Source: Octopus sinensis (lineage: Eukaryota). From it: a DNA stretch of 64,000 nucleotides. The notes under the pieces were generated by a model that ran no database searches, had not been told where the DNA came from, and saw only the letters and a list, made by a program, of their open reading frames with translations. Below are positions 63,822 to 64,000 of the stretch, one piece after another. Where the stretch lies: contig NC_043003.1 of the NCBI RefSeq assembly GCF_006345805.1, positions 83,142,001 through 83,206,000 of the forward strand, read 5' to 3'. How positions within the stretch are numbered: position 1 is the first letter of the stretch; every line of letters begins with the position of its first letter. The position numbers and the translations under genes are program-made.

Positions 63822-64000
63822 CGTGGGGACACACTAGGGAATTTTCGGTCCATAACTTTGCTAAACACAGAGTTTAAGATTTTGGCCAAGATGTTAGAGA
63901 CAATGTTGGCGCCTGTCATTGGTAGTATAGTAGGAGAAGCACACATATGCGCAATCCCGAACAGGTCTATTCGCGACAACCTCCACCTTATGCAATACAT
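63822..64000 (+). mobile_element. L1/Tx1-clade reverse transcriptase N-terminal fragment (runs off the window)
   Basis: RGDTLGNFRSITLLNTEFKILAKML..HICAIPNRSIRDNLHLMQY (compare NWRPITLLNTDYKILAK..QTCAIPGRSI.DNL). Confidence 0.88.

Noticed and set aside
63743-63847. Short regularly spaced repeats as a CRISPR-like array
   Set aside because: A tandem minisatellite and a local duplication without unique spacers, in a eukaryotic context with no cas genes.

Overview
AT-rich eukaryotic DNA saturated with microsatellites and transposable-element (TE) debris. The SINE families and repeat landscape point to an octopus or another coleoid cephalopod (inference). No prokaryotic features, rRNA, intact tRNA or CRISPR array were seen, and almost all listed ORFs are microsatellite artefacts or TE fragments. 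Supported content: (i) about ten Penelope-like element (PLE) fragments and termini, nearly all abutting (TA)n tracts. Several carry minimal type I hammerhead ribozyme (HHR) folds with different catalytic-core variants: canonical CUGAUGA/GUC at 38554-38598, CUGAAGA at 10016-10050, a G3-C8 swap at 51356-51406, a U3-A8 swap at 20366-20404, and A6U in three copies. (ii) Six R4/Dong-type RLE retrotransposon fragments from three families, stacked in (TAA)n tracts at 26.4-27.2 kb and 33.9-37.6 kb. (iii) Mariner and Tc1 relics plus two MITEs. (iv) RTE, CR1/L2-group, L1/Tx1 and Gypsy-like fragments. (v) At least four tRNA-derived SINE families, one sharing its 3' stem-loop tail with a CR1/L2-group LINE present in the window. 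(vi) Several long inverted repeats that could form dsRNA. (vii) A tentative, phase-consistent five-exon 3' end of an unknown host gene at 54.3-58.6 kb, with a tandemly duplicated splice acceptor. All alignments and folds were done by eye; no database searches were run.
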